Positions 62,836 through 64,000 of a DNA stretch of 64,000 nt are shown piece after piece; within the stretch, counting starts at the first letter, position 1; every line of letters starts with the position of its first letter. The notes under the pieces are model-generated. The model did no database searches and had not been told where the DNA came from. It worked only from the letters and a program-made list of their open reading frames with translations. The position numbers and the translations under genes are program-made. Origin of the DNA: Octopus sinensis (lineage: Eukaryota); assembly GCF_006345805.1 (NCBI RefSeq), contig NC_043013.1, positions 45,508,001 to 45,572,000 of the forward strand, written 5' to 3'.

Positions 62836-63298
62836 GGTCATGAGGTTCTGTGGCCTAATCTAAATAGTGGTTTTCATCCTTATTTGGGTGGATACTCTTT
62901 TTACTTGTTTCAGTCATTTGACTGCGGCCATGCTGGAGCACTGCCTTTAATCGAGCAACTCGACCTCGGGACTTATTCTTTTGTAAGCCCAGTACTTATT
63001 CTATCGGTCTCTTTTGCCGAACCGCTAAGTGACGGGGACGTAAACACACCAGCATCGGTTGTCAAGCAATTCTTGGGGGACAAACACAGACACACAAACA
63101 CACACACGCATATATATATATATATATACATATATACGACGGGCTTCTTTCAGTTTCCGTCTACCAAATCCACTCACAAGGCTTTGGTCGGCCCAAGGCT
63201 ATAGTAGAAGACACTTGCCCAAGATGCCACGCAGTGGGACTGAACCCGAAACCATGTGGTTGGTAAACAAGCTACTTACCACACAGCCACTCCTGCAC
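62836..63298 (-). mobile_element. SINE family B, near intact
   Basis: Full head to tail. Confidence 0.9.
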
Positions 63299-64000
63299 CT
63301 ATATTATTTTTTGTTTTTGCTTTTAACTATATTGTTTAGACATGCACCTGTGCCCCCGTGCGTGCACACACAATTATTTTGGGTAATTTGACAAATTTTT
63401 AATGTTGTGCACTGAGGTTGATGTAACTGGCTTGGTTCTCCCCATAAGATTTCCAGCCTTGTACTGATAGTAGAAAAAAAATTAGTTTTAGTGTTTGCTA
63501 TGATGGATTTGTTACAAAACTACATAGATTTTTTTATTTTTGCATCAGCCATTTATCTGCCTGGTGTGCATTCAGTTGTTTGACTGGCTGCATTGCTACT
63601 TGGGAAATTAACATAAATGGTTGAATATCCCTGAGAAGTGTACCGTTACACAATTCTCAAGCCAGATTAGTGTAAAACAAAGACACATTGGGGAGGGAAG
63701 AATTGACCCTAAACTGGCAATCCATCAGTTGTGACAACAAGGAGTCCAGTTGATCTGACCAATGGAGCAGCCTGCTTGTGAAATAAATGTGCAAGTGGCA
63801 GAGTATTCCACAGACATGTGTACCCTTAACGTAGTTCTCAGGGAGATTCAGCATGACACACAATGGGATTAGGTTGACCCTTTGAATTACAGATGCTGCT
63901 CATTTTTGCCAGCTGAGTGAACTTGAGCAATATGAAGTAAAGTGCCTTGCTCAGGGACACAGCATGCTGCTAGGTATTGAACTCATGACCATATGATTGT

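Overview
AT-rich, microsatellite-dense animal genomic DNA. The SINE families look like those of octopus, which is an inference from recalled repeat sequences, not a database hit. The only host coding sequence I recognise is the first coding exon of a FoxK-family forkhead gene (N-terminal ALLALKSAP motif plus FHA domain, + strand, 41179-41537). Its first intron runs past the window end, and no exon 2 (CTFRFPS-like) was found. The rest is mostly transposon-derived: three abundant SINE families, several Tc1/mariner relics (Tc1, maT-like, two full-length defective mariners), piggyBac-, hAT- and Merlin-like MITEs, an internally deleted Helitron with both termini, two non-autonomous Helitrons, and RTE and CR1/L2-type LINE fragments. 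The most unusual signal is a set of Penelope-type minimal type I hammerhead ribozyme motifs. Two have a fully canonical core (31556-31643 and 33253-33385), one lies in a palindrome (24.7-24.9 kb), and a degenerate pair forms the 3' module of tRNA-headed SINE-like elements arranged head to head (12.2-13.4 kb). Other leads are recurrent head-less SINE multimers with an identical junction, an RTE LINE with twin-priming geometry, an unexplained 130-nt hairpin, and a CpG-retaining domain at 16.6-19.6 kb that may be the 5' end of an unrecognised minus-strand gene divergent from FoxK. All coordinates and alignments were read by eye.
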